Origin: Botryllus schlosseri
Taxonomy: Eukaryota
NCBI GenBank assembly: GCA_051294905.1
Contig: CM119371.1
Span: forward strand, 15,936,001-16,000,000
Length of the DNA stretch: 64,000 nt
Direction: 5' to 3'
Below are positions 62,701 to 64,000 of the stretch, in pieces. The position numbers were made by a program, and so were the translations under genes. Within the stretch, counting starts at the first letter, position 1. Each line of letters starts with the position of its first letter. Below the pieces are notes generated by a model, which ran no database searches, was not told the origin of the DNA, and saw nothing but the letters and a program-made list of their open reading frames with translations.

Positions 62701-64000
62701 TTCGGTATGTACAGGAGCCATCTTGTCTAAAGCATTTTAATTTTGGCTAAATGGTTCTCTGCTTCTTCCATATATTTATCGGCCTAGGATATCGGTTATC
62801 GGCATTGCGAATGTGTCGATAGTCGGTATCGGCCTGCAAAAACCATTAACCATTATCGGTCGACCAAAAACCGGTCGACCAAAAACCGGTCGACCAAAAA
62901 CCATTATCGGTCGACCTTTACTCGGCACCTCCCACCCAAGACTAGACCCTACGCTCGCCGCTGCCGATCTGCATGCTTTTGAGGACATCTATGTTATAAT
63001 CAATGACGCGTTACAATAGATCATAACAAACAAGTACTAGTATATGCCGCCTGCCGGTATCCGGCAATGACCCATGCTGGCCAAGCACTTTGCATTGCAT
63101 CTGGTGCTGGTGGCTAGTATATTCTCAGGCATGTCAGAGACATTTGTCAGGCTTTGGTTGCTGTTTTGTTGTCGATCAGAGATGATATTGATGACCTGTA
63201 GAGGGCGGATTAGATGTCAGATCTATGACAGTGTCATTCATTCCATGGATCATGGCCTTTGAAAACCCATGGAACTATAAGCATGACATCGGATTTTGTT
63301 CTCAGAGCCATTTTCCTTATTCCGCAACCGTAATATTTTCGAGCATTGAGCGACTACTATACAAATCGTGGGGCAAAAGGATTTCAAAGAATGGAAATCG
63401 ACTCATTCTGAACTGTGTGAGAATGGACGAAGATATCAAAAGCAGAACACTATAGGCAGTGGTGGAGGAGAACATAGCATCCGGGCGATATCTTTACTAT
63501 AAACTCTGTAAAAATTTTAATTTTTAGAGAATAGGTGTCCTGTGCTCCCAAAGTTCTTTCTTTGTTCAATTATTTTTTATTGAATTACTTTCGCTTGGAG
63601 AATCATTGCTGCTCAGTTCTCACTGCTCACCTGCCTATATATGGAATCTCGGTTCGTTTTTTGAAATTAATCCTGCGTGATGAGAGCTTTTCTGCATATA
63701 GAATAATTAAGTAATTAAACAGAAAATCCTGCGTGACGTTGCCAACAATTCCACTCTGGCTCACCTGTTATATTCGACAAAACGTACCGATATTCCAGTA
63801 GGGATAATGATGAAAAAACTTATGACTGTCTAATTTGGAGTAATTGGAATCTAAGAAAGCAACGTCAAATAATGTCACTGAAAAATTTTGCCACAAGAAC
63901 TTATGCAAAAATTTCTCTGAAAAATCACGGAAAAATGGTAAATGTCAAAAATAGTTGGCCATTTCACACCAAATTCTAACCGACGTTAGAATATCCACTG

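Noticed and set aside
63074..63455. Helitron helicase or other coding remnant
   Set aside because: No convincing motif in any frame by eye.

Overview
AT-rich eukaryotic (metazoan) DNA. The style suggests a marine invertebrate such as an ascidian, but the species is an inference. No prokaryotic features, CRISPR arrays, rRNA or true tRNA genes are supported. Host genes are two divergent, intron-less, minus-strand BTB-BACK-Kelch paralogues: one with an open 527-aa ORF (17414-18997) and one pseudogene (43671-47581) split by a hAT(m)-type element with ~500-bp TIRs. The rest is a layered transposon landscape. Retroelements: two 5'-truncated RNase-H-bearing I-group LINEs (one with a 49-bp flanking duplication), a young GC-rich NeSL/Utopia-like RLE retrotransposon with an uninterrupted RT-to-endonuclease frame, CR1/L2-group fragments and two tRNA-derived SINEs. 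DNA elements: many hAT-type MITEs with clean TSDs, a foldback-like element with a TTAGGG-containing core, an ISL2EU-like element in a four-level nest, and a probable 6.9-kb EnSpm/CACTA element with a spliced accessory gene and a 2.4-kb 80-bp satellite. There is also a 150/185-bp tandem array. I found no clear-cut new biological system. The best leads are the CACTA/satellite/hidden-gene unit, the RLE retroelement and its target site, the long-TIR hAT and the 49-bp duplication. All family assignments come from motif recognition by eye, not database searches.
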